A stretch of 64,000 bases of DNA from Eukaryota sp. TZLM1-RC (lineage: Eukaryota > Protista > Metamonada: BaSk clade). The notes below the pieces were generated by a model that was given only the letters and a program-made list of their open reading frames with translations, was not told where the DNA came from and did not search any database. The first letter of the stretch is position 1. Every line of letters starts with the position of its first letter. Positions 62,032 through 64,000 of the stretch are shown in pieces. Both the position numbers and the translations under genes were made by a program. Where the stretch lies: NCBI GenBank assembly GCA_040285825.1, contig JAUPSS010000014.1:190337-254336 (forward strand), read 5' to 3'.

Positions 62032-63126
62032 TTGTTTAAAGTTTTTTAATTTATTGAGATAAGAATCACACCCATCTAGAATTCAATATCCTCCAAACAA
62101 GTGTCACTATTACTAAACCTACTCACAGCATTACGTTCATATTCTACACCAATAGCTAAAGGTGCCTTTGAAATCATTGTTGAAATAGACTTGAAAATGT
62201 AAAAAACAATTCTATTTAACTAGAAAGTGGAATTCATTGTTTTACCAGACCTATTCAGTAACACTTTTTTGAAATCTTCAAAAAAGTGCAAGCCTGAAGG
62301 TCCAATATTGCCATAAAGAGAAATCGCAAACGGCACAAACTGATATTTCACATGTTCTACTCTACCTAACTGTGCCAAAGGTTCTTCATATTTTTTTATC
62401 TTCTTTTTTCGGCGTTAGATAACGGCGAATCAGCGGAATACACTAAACGAGCAGCAGAATTTTTGCAAACATCAACTGAGACAACATCTACAACATTGAG
62501 AACACCATCGATCCCTGGAGCTACTAAATCTGCCCTTCTTTTACCAAAGGAATCATCAGTTTGATCTGAAGACAGCTTACGTACTAATGGCTCAATAAAC
62601 GCCTCTATATTGAAACTTTTGCACATAGCATATAATTGATCACGAACTGAGTCATGAACACTTGAGCGATAAGTTATGAAATACTTACAGTTTAAAATAT
62701 GGGAAAGCGTAACAACACTCTTGCAGCGACAAATTACATCATTTGGTAAAGAACAAGGCCATAGAAAACATCTCATTCTCATTGCAGTGGTCCATTGGTG
62801 ATCATTAAATAGAAGGCCATAAATGTTGGGAATTTGGGAGATTAGGCAACTTGAGCAACTGTCTTCAAGATCAATCAAAAAGTTTGCAAAAACGGGATAT
62901 TTTTCTTCAGCCAAGCTAAGACGTACAATATAATCCAAGTTTTCTAAAATTTTCATGATTTTTTTTCTTCAATTTTGCAAAAGTCAGTGGTAAGGAGAGC
63001 AAGCTTCTTGCAGGAAGTTCCACAATATCAGAGGGGAAAAATTTAGACCAAATATTGGGGGAAAGAATTTCAATTTCCTGTTGCAAAAAAATGAGATAAG
63101 AGCTGCCACAATTTTCAATGAGATTA
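62032..63126 (-). mobile_element. 5'-truncated non-LTR retrotransposon inside Fanzor copy C
   Basis: CRC..HILNC, HDSVRD, RADL..VDV and AEKR motifs; 16-bp TSD ATTAATATAAAACATT (62016-62031, 63127-63142). Confidence 0.92.
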
Positions 63127-63176
63127 ATTAATATAAAACATTGCCCTAAAATAGTAATTTGATTTTGATGAAAAAT

Positions 63177-63568
63177 GGATGCTCTGGATTTTAAAGCAAA
63201 AGAGAAACATAGAAAATATGATAAAGATATTGAAGAGGCAAATGTCGATAGAAATACACAGCTGGTTTTTATTGCTTTCCCATTTTCGATAAATGGAAGA
63301 TTATCAATTGAAGCAGAAACTTTTTTGGATAACTTCCAAAAAATAATGCAAGAAAAAACAATGAAAAGATTTGATATTTTTTTATGGCGTTCACGAATTC
63401 AATTTGCCATTATTAGTAGATTACCGCGGTTTTTCAATCGAATTAGAGAAGCTTTAGCTAGACAGCAAGCAAATCAAGATTTTGTAGAGGAAATCTTGGT
63501 TTAATGATAGTCGTCCCATTAGTTATGAGTTAATTTAATTAAGTGTGCAAATTCAATAAATACATTTA
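63177..63568 (+). mobile_element. 5'-truncated copy of the 11206-14546 family inside Fanzor copy C
   Basis: Near-identical to about 14155-14540; 9-bp TSD ATGAAAAAT (63168-63176, 63569-63577). Confidence 0.92.
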
Positions 63569-64000
63569 ATGAAAAATCAAATTTTAAATACTTTTCCCTT
63601 TTAGAATTACTGGGAAGTAAAAGAGGGATCTGGTCATTAATGAAAAGCGAAGTAATTGATGAGACTTTGTTTCTCATTGCAGAAGTTTCGCCATCAATAT
63701 CTCTACATCCTTCTAGAAGGATGGATTTAACTTTGTTGATGAATGATGAGAAGTTTTTCTTATCTTGCTTTTTCAGGACGTTGCTGTTTCTCTTAACATC
63801 ATAATAAAACATCGACAAACCGATCCAAGAAATCACAGTAATGCTTCTGGATGCTATTTTTGAAATTCACAATCAGTTTGTCAATTGTGCAATACAAAAT
63901 ATTACTGATTCCCTTTTTTGATAAAACTTTTGAAACAAGTTTTTCTTTAAAGTGTTGGTGATAGAATTCCAACAACGGGGCACAACGAGAATTTTGCAAA

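Larger units (their letters stand above)
60638..64000 (-). pseudogene. Fanzor1-like RNA-guided nuclease gene relic (copy C), split by two retrotransposon insertions; 5' part beyond the window end
   Basis: LFHALPL..IPSYIRID, IEIDGIAVS, DPGKSDLLYF (RuvC-I, D at 61597-61599), FTQNQ.R.E, FRKQRWW..IN, IGDWEQ..KEPTKGK, NPRPW, HGL.MCKSC..WNRD.NASLN (RuvC-III) and RPEYL. The RuvC-II segment is deleted near 60907. Confidence 0.88.

Noticed and set aside
1-64000. Naming the organism
   Set aside because: Tiny introns and gene content suggest a protist, but no rRNA or other diagnostic marker is present.

Overview
AT-rich eukaryotic (protist-like) genomic DNA. It uses the standard genetic code and has very short GT-AG introns of 28-32 nt. 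Host genes are a hybrid histidine kinase, tRNA-Ala(CGC), a P1B-type ATPase with degenerate catalytic motifs, a GEX1/KAR5/Brambleberry karyogamy protein, an acid-sphingomyelinase-like phosphodiesterase, a bacterial-style ferric reductase/NOX, a cystatin, an APC permease fused to a PTS-EIIA-like domain (with an inverted pseudogene copy), and a ~4,630-aa beta-solenoid surface protein built on ~17 near-identical 531-bp repeats. These genes sit among many mobile elements: one complete 3.3-kb RT+RLE non-LTR retrotransposon, many 5'-truncated relatives, chromodomain Ty3/gypsy relics with nested solo LTRs, a pogo-like transposase and MITE-like ends. Two features are hidden from the ORF track. (1) Three decayed Fanzor1 (eukaryotic TnpB-derived RNA-guided nuclease) copies, one of which returns to frame across the insertion sites once two TSD-bounded retrotransposon insertions are removed. 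(2) A candidate -1 programmed frameshift (A AAU UUA) joining ORF1 and ORF2 of the complete retrotransposon. All family assignments come from reading motifs by eye; no searches were run.
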